From the NCBI GenBank assembly GCA_016840085.1, contig JAEOTA010000088.1, positions 84,517-148,516 of the forward strand: a stretch of DNA of 64,000 bases. The letters are read 5' to 3'. How positions within the stretch are numbered: the stretch's first letter is position 1; every line of letters starts with the position of its first letter. Under the pieces are notes generated by a model. The model had not been told where the DNA came from, did not search any database, and worked only from the letters and a program-made list of their open reading frames with translations. This DNA is from Promethearchaeota archaeon (GTDB lineage Archaea; Asgardarchaeota; Lokiarchaeia; Sigyniarchaeales; SOKP01). Positions 50,957 to 59,968 of this stretch are shown here, piece by piece. The position numbers and the translations under genes were made by a program.

Positions 50957-52249
50957 ATGGTAAATTTGCAACAAATATATGAAGAAGTTGATAATTTAGA
51001 CAAAGATAGAATTATGGGAATTATAAGAACTCTTGTAAATATTAATACTGCTGTTCCTCCAGGTAATTCTTATAGAGTATATGTAGATGCATTATCACCT
51101 TATTTTAAGAATCTTGGTTTTTCTTTAGAAGAAGTTATCGTACCAGAAGAATATATTAAACAGATTCCTTATCCTTTAGAAGGACCTCGAATTAATTTAA
51201 TAGCAACTAAAGAATTCGGTAAAAAAAAATTCATATCTTTTTATGGTCATATGGATGTAGTACCAGCTCCTAACGAAGGAGCACAAAAATGGCGATTTCC
51301 CCCATTTGAAGCTACTATAATTAAGAGTGGAAAAATTTATGGTCGTGGCGTTGGAGATATGAAGGGTGCAATGGTTTGTTTGATTTTAGCACTTCAAATA
51401 ATAGAAAAACTAAATATTACTCCTAAATATAATATTCAGGTATTGAATTGTACTGATGAAGAATTAGGATTTTATCCTGGAATTCGTTATTTGACAGAAC
51501 AAGGATATATTAAAGGGACCCTTTTCTCGATGGATTATACAGTTGAGCCTATTATTCTAATGGGTTCAGCAGGTGATCTAGATATAGAGATTCAAACAAT
51601 AGGAAGAAGTTCTCATTCGGGTTTGAGTATACTAGGTGTCAATGCTTTGGAGGAGATGATACCAATTTTAGTAGAACTCAAAATATTAAAAGAAAAAGTA
51701 GAATCTCGCCAAAGTAAAGATATTCCTGGGTTTCCTGATCCTCAAACTGGTAAAAAACGTAATTTGACCCCTCTATTTAACTTGGATATTATAAAGTCAG
51801 GGGAAAAATCAAATATTATCCCAGATATTTGTTCATTAATAATTAATAGGCGAATTATACCAGATGAAAACATTAGAGAAGTAAAACAAGAAATTTTAGA
51901 CGCTGTAGAAAGAGGTAAAGCGAAAAGTAAAGCATTAGATGTAAAAATTTCATTTAAGTATTCTAATCCCCCTTTAAAGGTAGATATTAACAGTCCAGAA
52001 GTTCAGAGGATTCAAAAAGTGATACAATTAGTTCATAAAATTCCTGAGGAAAAAATTCGAAAGACTGGAATGAATTTTACTTTTGATGCTGGTTTTGTAT
52101 CACAAATTCTAAATACTCATGATATTATTCTTCGTGGGGTTGCTACTGGAGGTTCTAATACTCATGGTGTTAATGAAACAATTAGATTAAAAGATATTAA
52201 GAAATTTATAAAAGAAATAATTGTATTTCTATGTGCTGATTTAGACTAA
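50957..52249 (+). CDS. M20 ArgE/DapE-family metallopeptidase
   Basis: YGHMDVVP, YGRGVGDMKG, TDEE, GRSSHS, THGVNE. Confidence 0.88.
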   Translation: MVNLQQIYEEVDNLDKDRIMGIIRTLVNINTAVPPGNSYRVYVDALSPYFKNLGFSLEEVIVPEEYIKQIPYPLEGPRINLIATKEFGKKKFISFYGHMDVVPAPNEGAQKWRFPPFEATIIKSGKIYGRGVGDMKGAMVCLILALQIIEKLNITPKYNIQVLNCTDEELGFYPGIRYLTEQGYIKGTLFSMDYTVEPIILMGSAGDLDIEIQTIGRSSHSGLSILGVNALEEMIPILVELKILKEKVESRQSKDIPGFPDPQTGKKRNLTPLFNLDIIKSGEKSNIIPDICSLIINRRIIPDENIREVKQEILDAVERGKAKSKALDVKISFKYSNPPLKVDINSPEVQRIQKVIQLVHKIPEEKIRKTGMNFTFDAGFVSQILNTHDIILRGVATGGSNTHGVNETIRLKDIKKFIKEIIVFLCADLD

Positions 52250-52313
52250 ATTTTAATATAAAATTACAAAGAAAAAATAAAAAAAAGAAATTAGATTTAC
52301 CGATTATAAAAAT

Positions 52314-52511
52314 TTAGTTTTCGATAATTTCTATGGCTTCTTCAGGGCATTGAGTTTCACAAGCTCTACATCCCACACAGTCTTCTCTGTTCTCTTCTAT
52401 AATATTTACCTTATCTCCTTCAGGTTCGCCAAAACATTCAGAAGGGCATACTTCATAACATGTACCACACCCTGTACATGCATCCATATCTATTTTAATA
52501 TCAAAGGACAT
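52314..52511 (-). CDS. 2x[4Fe-4S] ferredoxin
   Basis: CTGCGTCYEVCP and CVGCRACETQCP. Confidence 0.92.
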   Translation of the reverse strand: MSFDIKIDMDACTGCGTCYEVCPSECFGEPEGDKVNIIEENREDCVGCRACETQCPEEAIEIIEN

Positions 52512-52879
52512 TTTTTGTTAACCTCTTTAACCAATCTTTCTATTCCATAAAAATCATAGAACTTTTAACGATTTAGGTTTAAAATCTTAAAGTTTTAATT
52601 TTTAATTAATTCTTCTATTTATATTTTTTTCATTGATTATAATAAAATAATCCTACCTTAGATAATAGTATAAAAAATATAAATTTCGTTTTTATTAAGA
52701 AAAATAGTTATTGAATTATTACTTTTAAAATATGGATTTTCGATTTTTATGTCAAATTATTATTTGATATTGGAAAAAAAGGTTTAATATGTAATAAAGT
52801 ACAAATAATAATACATTAAATCTCCACTCCCAATTTAAAATATTAATATATTATATTCAATCGGACTTTAATTCTTATT

Positions 52880-53323
52880 ATGCTCGATAGAAAATTTATT
52901 GGATATGAATTTGAACCTAGTGAGATGACTATTCCAAGATGGAGAGTAACGCAATTTGCGAATGCTATCAGAGATTCTAACCCATTATATTATGATTTAA
53001 AAGAAGCAAAAAAGCAAGGTTACAGAGATTTACCCTTACCGCCAACATTCTTTACAAGAATGACATATTCTGGTAAGAAAAATTTTTATGCTACCTTGGG
53101 TATAGATTACAAAAAACTTTTAGATGGTGGAAGAGAATTGAAGTATTATTCTCAATGTGTTGCAGGAGATACGATAGTGTATCAAACGAAAGTAGAAAAT
53201 ATTATTGATAAAGAAGGTAAACGAGGAAAAATGGATATAGTAACTGCTGTAACAAGAGGAAAAAACAAAGAAACAAATGATAAAGTCTTTGATGCGATTA
53301 TCACCTTAATTGTATTCCATTAA
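52880..53323 (+). CDS. MaoC-like dehydratase, N-terminal-half (HadA-like) subunit
   Basis: FANAIRDSNPLY, PPTF, LLDGG; hot-dog fold pair with next gene. Confidence 0.8.
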   Translation: MLDRKFIGYEFEPSEMTIPRWRVTQFANAIRDSNPLYYDLKEAKKQGYRDLPLPPTFFTRMTYSGKKNFYATLGIDYKKLLDGGRELKYYSQCVAGDTIVYQTKVENIIDKEGKRGKMDIVTAVTRGKNKETNDKVFDAIITLIVFH

Positions 53324-53362
53324 ATTGATTAAAAATATAATAAAATAGAGAGATAAATTATA

Positions 53363-53791
53363 ATGTCAAATAAATTATTGAATTTTGAAGAACTTACTGA
53401 AGGATTGGAACTACCTGAGGTAAAAAGTGAACCTATAACACGAAGACAATTAGTTGATTATGCTTCTGCTTCAGGAGACTATAACCTACTCCATTATGAT
53501 GAATTATTTGCTAAAAATTCGGGATTAAAGGGATGTATTGCACATGGAATGCTTCAAATGGCAATGGTTGGGTCTTACATATTGAATTGGGCAAAAGGGG
53601 GGACATTAAAGAATTTTAAAATTCGCTATTCTGCGCCAGCTGATGAAAATGATATTCTTATCTTTAATGGAAAAATTATAAAAAAATATCAAGAAAATAA
53701 TGAAAATATAATCGAAATAACTTTTATCAGTGAAAATCAAGATAAAAGAGTAACAAATCAGGGCTCAACTCTAATTGCTTTTAAAAAATAA
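53363..53791 (+). CDS. MaoC-like (R)-hydratase, catalytic (HadB-like) subunit
   Basis: YASASGDYNLLHYD, IAHGM. Confidence 0.85.
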   Translation: MSNKLLNFEELTEGLELPEVKSEPITRRQLVDYASASGDYNLLHYDELFAKNSGLKGCIAHGMLQMAMVGSYILNWAKGGTLKNFKIRYSAPADENDILIFNGKIIKKYQENNENIIEITFISENQDKRVTNQGSTLIAFKK

Positions 53792-53959
53792 AATTTTAGC
53801 CATTTATTAAAATTTTTTTCTTTTTATTCATCTTCAATATCGAGGAAGTATAGAATGGTTTTAATTTAATAATTTTTTAAAAATAATATTAAACACAATA
53901 AATGTTTAAATTTCATTTAATATAACAAAAATTATAAATACTTAAGGAGTTGACCTACA

Positions 53960-54292
53960 ATAGCAAAAGATAAGGTTATTGGCGCCATTGTAATGATCAT
54001 TGGTATTTTAATTGCCATTGTTTATACTATGGGGTCGATACTAGATCTATTATTTACTACAGTTTGGAAACCAGATACAGGTGAATGGGATGACTGGATT
54101 CACCTTTTTGATATCGATTGGCTTGATTGGAGGCTCTTTGTAGTCCTACCCATGTGGCTAATTGTTGTTCTAATTTCAGTTATCGCAATCTGGATTGGTT
54201 ATTCAATGCTGACTACTCCTGCACCAGTTCCGCTTGAAGAACTAGAGGAAGAATTGGCAGCAGAAGAGGAAGCTGAAGAATCTGGAGAATAA
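53960..54292 (+). CDS. Small two-TM archaeal membrane protein with acidic tail (start ATA 53960 or ATG 53993)
   Basis: AKDKVIGAIVMIIG...WIGYSMLTTPAPVPLEELEEE; aaggag at 53944-53949. Confidence 0.7.
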   Translation: MAKDKVIGAIVMIIGILIAIVYTMGSILDLLFTTVWKPDTGEWDDWIHLFDIDWLDWRLFVVLPMWLIVVLISVIAIWIGYSMLTTPAPVPLEELEEELAAEEEAEESGE

Positions 54293-54455
54293 AATAATAA
54301 TTTCAAATCAACATTTTTATTTTTTTCATTTTTTGATCCTTCTTTTTCTTAGAAATTAAAAATAATAATCATAAATATCATATTATGATGATCCACTAAT
54401 AGTTAATATGAAGATAAGAAATTTAATGATGAAAACAGAATGTAGAGTTTAAACC

Positions 54456-55424
54456 ATGTTAGAAGAAACTGAGTATGTTCTAATAATTGGTTCAAGTAAT
54501 ATGGACCTAAACATCTATTCTAACCGCTTTCCAAACTCGGGTGAAACAGTTACAGGTGGGGTATTTAAACAATTTTTGGGGGGTAAAGGCGCTAATCAAT
54601 CAGTTGCTTCTGTTAGATCGGGTACGAGAACAGTTTTTATTGGAAAGATTGGTATCGATACCTTTGGTGATCAGATGATTTCTCAACTAACTAAAGAGGG
54701 CATTAACATGGATCATGTTATTAGAGATCCTGAAGAGATGAGTGGTGTTGCATTTATCTTGATTGATGAAAATGGAGAAAATATGATTAGTGTAGCTCCT
54801 GGAGCAAATTTTAAATTATCTCCACAAGAAATTCAATCTAAAATGAGTATCATTGAAAATGCCGAATGCGTAGTTGTTCAAATGGAAATTCCAATAGATA
54901 CAATAAAAGAAATCTTCGATATAGCTTCACATGGGGATAATATTAAAATCTTAAATCCTGCTCCTTTAAAATCATTACCAAAAGAGGTTTTAGAAAAAGT
55001 GGATGTTATAATCCCTAATAAAGGAGAGCTTTTTAGATTGCATTCTCTTTTAGGGTTTAAAGATTTAACTAGAAAAGAAAAAGAAAATATTATGCAGGCT
55101 TCAAAAGATATTGCTAGTTTTGGGATAAAATATGTAATAACTACATTAGGTGATAAAGGGTGTTTTATCTTTATTAGAGAGGAAAATAAGGCAATCGAAA
55201 TTGCTCCCCCTGTAGTAAAAGCTGTAGACACTGTAGGTGCTGGAGATTGTTTTATTGGCGTTTTAGCAAGTAGGTTATGTAAAGGGGATACTATTATTAA
55301 TGCTGTGAAATATGCTACTGTTGCAGCCTCTATTGCGGTAACTAGAAAAGGAGCACAAGCTTCAATGCCTTTTTTAAATGAAATTGAAGCTAAATTAAAA
55401 GAACTTGCTATAGAAATAGAATAG
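54456..55424 (+). CDS. rbsK: Ribokinase (PfkB family)
   Basis: GSSNMDL, GGKGANQ, LNPAP, TLGDKG, VDTVGAGDCF. Confidence 0.9.
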   Translation: MLEETEYVLIIGSSNMDLNIYSNRFPNSGETVTGGVFKQFLGGKGANQSVASVRSGTRTVFIGKIGIDTFGDQMISQLTKEGINMDHVIRDPEEMSGVAFILIDENGENMISVAPGANFKLSPQEIQSKMSIIENAECVVVQMEIPIDTIKEIFDIASHGDNIKILNPAPLKSLPKEVLEKVDVIIPNKGELFRLHSLLGFKDLTRKEKENIMQASKDIASFGIKYVITTLGDKGCFIFIREENKAIEIAPPVVKAVDTVGAGDCFIGVLASRLCKGDTIINAVKYATVAASIAVTRKGAQASMPFLNEIEAKLKELAIEIE

Positions 55425-55437
55425 AAGGGTAGTTAAA

Positions 55438-56112
55438 TTGAAAGAAGAAAGAGTTCTTGCGGGAAGAAGTACATTATTAAGAAAAAATAACTCTAAAGAT
55501 TTATTTATTAATTTAAATCAAAACGACTTCAAAAACGTTTTTCTAATTAATGGAGTAAAGTTTATTACTAAGAAAGTTTTAAAATCCGATTTATTCGTTA
55601 AACCACATGATTTTTATATGATAATCAATAATAAAAAAACCCCAATCGAAATCACATATAATCAAGATATTTCTGAACACCAGATTATCTACGATCCATA
55701 TAAATATGAACACTCAGACAGAATTAATTTAAAACCTGAAATGTTTTTTGAGAGATATAATGTCCCAAATAATTATATTAGTACGCTTCCTAAATGGTAT
55801 AGTTTTAAATTTACATATCCTAATTATAATCTTATTTTTGTTCGTCCAGAATTCGGACTTTCAATACAAATTCATAAAGATAGAAATGAAATTTGGAAAA
55901 TTTTAGAAGGAGAACCAATCGTAATTATTGGAAATAAAGTGCATTATTTTGTACAAAGCGGAACAAAGTTTCAAAATCCAAGAAATACATATCATTCTAT
56001 TATCAATCCTAATAAGGAGAAAAACAAATTTGCTGTATTAAAAGAGAAATGGAGTGGAAAATTCGACGAAAACGATATAGAAAGAATTTTTAATCCCAAT
56101 CATTATGAATAA
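55438..56112 (+). CDS. Cupin protein resembling the type II mannose-6-phosphate isomerase C-terminal domain
   Basis: LSIQIHKDRNEIWKILEG...YHSIIN...ENDIERI. Confidence 0.65.
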   Translation: MKEERVLAGRSTLLRKNNSKDLFINLNQNDFKNVFLINGVKFITKKVLKSDLFVKPHDFYMIINNKKTPIEITYNQDISEHQIIYDPYKYEHSDRINLKPEMFFERYNVPNNYISTLPKWYSFKFTYPNYNLIFVRPEFGLSIQIHKDRNEIWKILEGEPIVIIGNKVHYFVQSGTKFQNPRNTYHSIINPNKEKNKFAVLKEKWSGKFDENDIERIFNPNHYE

Positions 56113-56338
56113 GATTTTTCAAATAAGAATTAGCTAATTCAAAAATGTTTTATGATTTGAAATTCAAAATTTGATGAGATTCTCTTCAATTTACATCTAA
56201 CACTTATAAGTTTTATGATTTTTGCTTCCTTAACCTAAAAGTTAAAATTAAAAGTAATACTAAAATCCTTACCGTAATAAGTTTTGTGAGAAAAAGTTTA
56301 CAGAAAAAAATAATTGGAATAAGCAGATTGGTTAAAAA

Positions 56339-56872
56339 ATGGCTCCTGACGAAGAAAGTAATAAGGAAATGGAAGAAAAATTAGAAAAGGAAGAACCTTC
56401 TGAAGAAATCGTTGAAGAGCTTGAAGAAGAAGAAGGAGAAAGAGAATTAGATACAGAAGCAGAGCTAGATAGATTAAGGTTTAAATATAGAGGTTACACT
56501 TTAGAGGAATTAAAGAAGATGAATATGGATCAATTCATTCAGTTATTACCAGCTAGATCAAGACGTTCCTTAAAAAGAGGATTGCCTCCAAGACAAAAAA
56601 AATTGCTTGAAAGGTTAAGACGGGCATATCGAGCTAAAAAAAGAGGTAAAGATTTAATTACAAGAACACATATCCGCGATATGATAGTTTTTCCTGAAAT
56701 GTGTGGTCTTACAATTTCAATTTATAATGGAAAAGATTATATACCTGTTGAAGTTCGCCCAGAAATGATTGGTCATTATCTTGGGGAATTTTCTTTAACA
56801 AGAAGAAGAGTACAACACGGTTCACCAGGAATAGGAGCCACACGAAGTTCCAAATATGTTCCACTAAAATAA
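56339..56872 (+). CDS. rps19: 30S ribosomal protein uS19 with acidic N-terminal extension
   Basis: [49 protein letters not shown]. Confidence 0.97.
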   Translation: MAPDEESNKEMEEKLEKEEPSEEIVEELEEEEGERELDTEAELDRLRFKYRGYTLEELKKMNMDQFIQLLPARSRRSLKRGLPPRQKKLLERLRRAYRAKKRGKDLITRTHIRDMIVFPEMCGLTISIYNGKDYIPVEVRPEMIGHYLGEFSLTRRRVQHGSPGIGATRSSKYVPLK

Positions 56873-56904
56873 ATTAAGATAATAAATGATTGAGATGAAA
56901 AAAA

Positions 56905-57384
56905 ATGCCTAACTGGGATTATTCATTCATTGAACAAAAATACGATAAAGAAAGGTTAGCAAAAGCTTCAGGTCGCGATCTCAGAATAAAACCCAAACAT
57001 GCTCGAGAAATCTGTGCTGTAATAAAAGGAATGAATGTAGATCGAGCTAAAAGATTTCTTGAAGCTGTAATTAACTTGAAACAATCAGTCCCATTTAGAC
57101 GACATAAGAAAAAACTTGCCCATAAAAAAGATTTAAAACAATTTAAATGGTACGCAGGAAAGTACCCTCAAAAAGCTGCAGCAAGAATCTATGAAATCCT
57201 TTCTTCTGTAGAATCTAATGGTGAATATAAAGGATTGGATATTGATATGTGTAAAATTATTCACGCAGCAGCACATAGAGGAAGAATAATAAAACGATAT
57301 ATTGAACGTGCTCGTGGACGTAGCACTGCATATTTTAAACATCTTACTCATGTAGAACTTGTAATTTACGAATTTCCAAGTTAG
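56905..57384 (+). CDS. rpl22: 50S ribosomal protein uL22
   Basis: KHAREIC, VPFRRH, GKYPQKAA, RARGR, THVELV. Confidence 0.96.
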   Translation: MPNWDYSFIEQKYDKERLAKASGRDLRIKPKHAREICAVIKGMNVDRAKRFLEAVINLKQSVPFRRHKKKLAHKKDLKQFKWYAGKYPQKAAARIYEILSSVESNGEYKGLDIDMCKIIHAAAHRGRIIKRYIERARGRSTAYFKHLTHVELVIYEFPS

Positions 57385-57474
57385 GTAAAATTATAATAAA
57401 TTATAATAATAAAATTAAAAGAATAATAAAAAATGAATTGTATTACAAATGAAAGTATTGCATTGGTGATTTAA

Positions 57475-58309
57475 TTGCCACTAGTGAAAAATTTTATAGA
57501 ACAAGGGATTAAATTGATGCAAATAAACGAATATTTGCGATCAGAATTAGTTAGAGCAGGATTCGCTGGCGTTGATGTACAAAAGACACCGCTTGGAGTG
57601 CGTATTACCCTAAGAACCTCAAGACCAGGTTTGGTCATTGGTAATTATGAGTGTCAATTCGACAATATAGCCAAAAGGGGGAAAACGCATCCAAGAGATC
57701 ACGGACGTTCTTCAAGATCGATTTGGGCTGGAAAATTAATTTCTGTCTAAGAAGTTAAGCCTATTGCCCCAGATCGAAGTCGAAGAGGTTTCTAATCCTG
57801 ATTTAAATGCTCAGATCATGGCGGAAAGATTGGCTTACAGTTTAGATAGGGGGCGTCACTATCGTAGAGCAGGTTACTACATCCTTCGCAAGATAATGGA
57901 CTCTGGTGGTGCTCTTGGCGCTGAGATTCGAATTAGTGGAAAAGTCACTAGTCAACGTGCTAGAACCCAAATATTTAGAGCAGGCACTATGACAAAAAGT
58001 GGCTTTCCTGCCCAAGAGGGTGTAGATAAGGGTGTAGCTCAATGTATTCAAAAATCAGGCGTATTGGGTATAATTGTAAAAATTTTTCACGCTGACACAA
58101 AGATGGGAGATGAAATAAAAATTAAAGAAGAACTCTTAAATCAAGCACAAGCAGAAGCTGAAGCCAAAATAGCTAAAACAAGAGCAGAGTATGTTATTGA
58201 GGAGGAAGAAACAGTAAAAAGTGAAGAAGATAGACAACTAATAGATGAAGTAGATGAAGAAGCTATTTCCGAAATTTCATTAGCTCCCGATAAAAATAAT
58301 GATAAATAG
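57475..58309 (+). CDS. rps3: 30S ribosomal protein uS3, three predicted exons: 57475-57644, 57676-57734, 57765-58309 (774 nt, 257 aa)
   Basis: Joined product reads ...[44 protein letters not shown]..., a canonical KH GxxG and uS3 sequence; position between rpl22 and rpl29. Confidence 0.9.
57645..57675 (+). other. Putative bulge-helix-bulge micro-intron 1 in rps3 (31 nt, frameshifting)
   Basis: Central helix UGGU(57639-42)/GCCA(57670-73), bulges AA^U and AA^A, inner hairpin UAUG..UGUC/GACA.UAUA; removal restores the frame. Confidence 0.82.
57735..57764 (+). other. Putative bulge-helix-bulge micro-intron 2 in rps3 (30 nt, contains in-frame stop)
   Basis: 9-bp inner stem 57736-44/57750-58; strong exon-exon stem 57719-28/57766-76; exactly 7 nt (4+3) between stems on both strands. 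Confidence 0.78.
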
Positions 58310-58339
58310 ATTGGATAAAAATAATGGATATGATTAATC

Positions 58340-58543
58340 ATGGTTGATATATTAACTGCTGAAAAAATTAGAGAAATGGAAGAGAGGGAGGTAGAAAGAG
58401 CATTAGTTAATTTAAGAGAAGAATTAATGTTACTTTATTCAAATCAAACTGGTGGAGGAATTTCTGATAATCCATCTAAAGCAAAAATAATAAGAAAGCA
58501 AATAGCAAGAATTTTAACTGTGATGAATGAGGAAAAGCGATGA
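58340..58543 (+). CDS. rpl29: 50S ribosomal protein uL29
   Basis: IREM, LREEL, NPSKAKIIRKQIARILTV. Confidence 0.93.
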   Translation: MVDILTAEKIREMEEREVERALVNLREELMLLYSNQTGGGISDNPSKAKIIRKQIARILTVMNEEKR

Positions 58544-58854
58544 TTAATCCTAAATATTTAATATATCATGATTTAATTGGCATTCATGCATTCGCAAAGC
58601 TAAAATCAAAATCCATAGATATACAATTCTCTGATATAGGAATAATAATTGATGACACAAAAAATATATTAATTACTGAAAAAGGGAACAAAATTAAAAA
58701 ATATATTAAGAAAGATTATGTGTTTAGGTTTAAAATTCCAAAATATAAAAATGAAGATAATGAGTATTATTTAGAAGTTTATGGGAATAAAATAGTTGGT
58801 CATCCATTAAATAGATTAAGAAGCTTAAAAAAGAAGAGATGGGTAAAAAAATGA
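58540..58854 (+). CDS. rnp1: RNase P protein subunit Rpp29/Pop4
   Basis: INPKYLIYHDLIG, GIIIDDTKN, G.KIVGHP..RL; conserved position between rpl29 and rps17. Confidence 0.85.
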   Translation: MINPKYLIYHDLIGIHAFAKLKSKSIDIQFSDIGIIIDDTKNILITEKGNKIKKYIKKDYVFRFKIPKYKNEDNEYYLEVYGNKIVGHPLNRLRSLKKKRWVKK

Positions 58855-59204
58855 GTAGAAATATTGGAATTCCTGGTGTAACTCCTCCTAAAGCTAAAAC
58901 AGAAGAATGTAATGATCAATTTTGTCCCTTTCATGGCACTACAAGGATAAGGGGTAAAATTACTCAAGGAGTTGTAGTAAGTAAAAAATCACAAAATACT
59001 GTCATTATTAGACGTGATTATGTTCAATTTGTTAAAAAATATCAAAGATACGAGCGTCGTAATATGCGACTTGCGTGTCATTTACCTGAGTGTTTAAACA
59101 ACGAAATTGAGATCGGAGACCTAGTAAAGGTAGGAGAATCTCGTAAAATTTCAAAGACGAAAGCATTTATCGTTTTAAGCAAAGTATCAAGCGGTGAGAT
59201 ATAA
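58851..59204 (+). CDS. rps17: 30S ribosomal protein uS17
   Basis: RNIGI, CND..CPFHG, KYQRYERR, GDLVKVGESRKISKTK. Confidence 0.96.
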   Translation: MSRNIGIPGVTPPKAKTEECNDQFCPFHGTTRIRGKITQGVVVSKKSQNTVIIRRDYVQFVKKYQRYERRNMRLACHLPECLNNEIEIGDLVKVGESRKISKTKAFIVLSKVSSGEI

Positions 59205-59270
59205 TTGGGGACTCGTAGAAAGCTTGGTAGGAAAAAGGTTTCTAAACCACGGACTAGTTACGGTGTGTAT
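59205..59270 (+). pseudogene. rpl14: 5' fragment of uL14 gene, truncated after ~22 codons
   Basis: Directly follows rps17 where rpl14 is expected; basic N-terminus MGTRRKLGRKKVSKPRTSYGVY, but the expected DNSGA motif is absent in all three frames downstream. Confidence 0.6.
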
Positions 59271-59358
59271 ACTTGCTATATGATATTTGAGCATTTACTC
59301 CTATTATGCATCCCTGTGCGATGGATTTTTTCTATATCATTAAGGTTCATGCAAATAT

Positions 59359-59553
59359 TCACCCAAAGATCAGCTCTCGAACATAATTTACAGTCGATAT
59401 ACCCCCATCGCTATGCAACGTAATCCCCCACTCCTTCCATTGTCGGAATTGTTTTGCTAAAAATTCAAATGTTTCTATAAAATCATCTATCGTTGTCGCA
59501 TGGGCGGTAATCCATTTATTCCTCCATATTGTTATATATATTTCTCTTGGCAT
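59359..59553 (-). CDS. Small hypothetical protein, possibly a truncated or chimeric remnant
   Basis: 64-aa ORF preceded by gaggag-like RBS; another frame carries an unrelated-looking tail (IDCKLCSRADLW...) ending near 59276. Confidence 0.45.
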   Translation of the reverse strand: MPREIYITIWRNKWITAHATTIDDFIETFEFLAKQFRQWKEWGITLHSDGGISTVNYVRELIFG

Positions 59554-59654
59554 TCTACTCCTCTCTATTTTTTTGGTCTTTTAAAATTAATATAATTGCC
59601 TACCCTTATAAAGAAAAAGCGATATGTAAAACAGAAAGAATGAATCACGAAATC

Positions 59655-59948
59655 TCATTCCAGTAATGAAACCATATATTCACTCATACTATTTTCGGTA
59701 ACTCCTAAATGGAATAATATAAAATGTAATATCTCATGGGTAAGTGTAGAAATCCACATCTGTATATCGAGATTAGATGGTTTTCCTAAAAGCATTATCC
59801 TATTTTGTGTTGGTCGTACTACTCCGTTATACTCTTTAGGAGCATATATAATCCCCTCTGAAGTATAAGAAAAAATAAACTCTCCTGAATCATGTTCCTT
59901 TTCTTTTAACTTATACGGTAAAATTTCAATATCTGCTAAATTCTTCAT
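59655..59948 (-). CDS. Small HEXXH (minimal zincin-like) protein
   Basis: ISTLTHEILHFIL followed by SEYMV. Confidence 0.55.
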   Translation of the reverse strand: MKNLADIEILPYKLKEKEHDSGEFIFSYTSEGIIYAPKEYNGVVRPTQNRIMLLGKPSNLDIQMWISTLTHEILHFILFHLGVTENSMSEYMVSLLE

Positions 59949-59968
59949 ATCTACACCATAATAGGAAT

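Noticed and set aside
57641-57670. GTAATT...TAG stretch resembling a spliceosomal GT-AG intron within rps3
   Set aside because: It is 30 nt, so removal leaves the frameshift uncorrected (reads IAKRGKTH...). Only a 31-nt excision restores VIGKGGKRI, and the second insert has no GT-AG ends.
57475-57750. Treating 57475-57750 and 57764-58309 as two separate genes (split uS3)
   Set aside because: The conserved KH helix between them is encoded in neither ORF but is intact in the intervening frame.
57643-57766. rps3 breaks explained by sequencing error, programmed frameshift at AAAAGGGGG, or stop read-through
   Set aside because: These would leave ~10 extra residues inside the GxxG loop and before PQIEV. 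The inserts are structured 30-31-nt sequences, not homopolymer slips or local duplications.
59271-59423. C-terminal 50 codons of the 72-aa ORF 59205-59423 as genuine uL14 sequence or further exons
   Set aside because: No uL14 motifs in any plus-strand frame; it is read-through into unrelated DNA.
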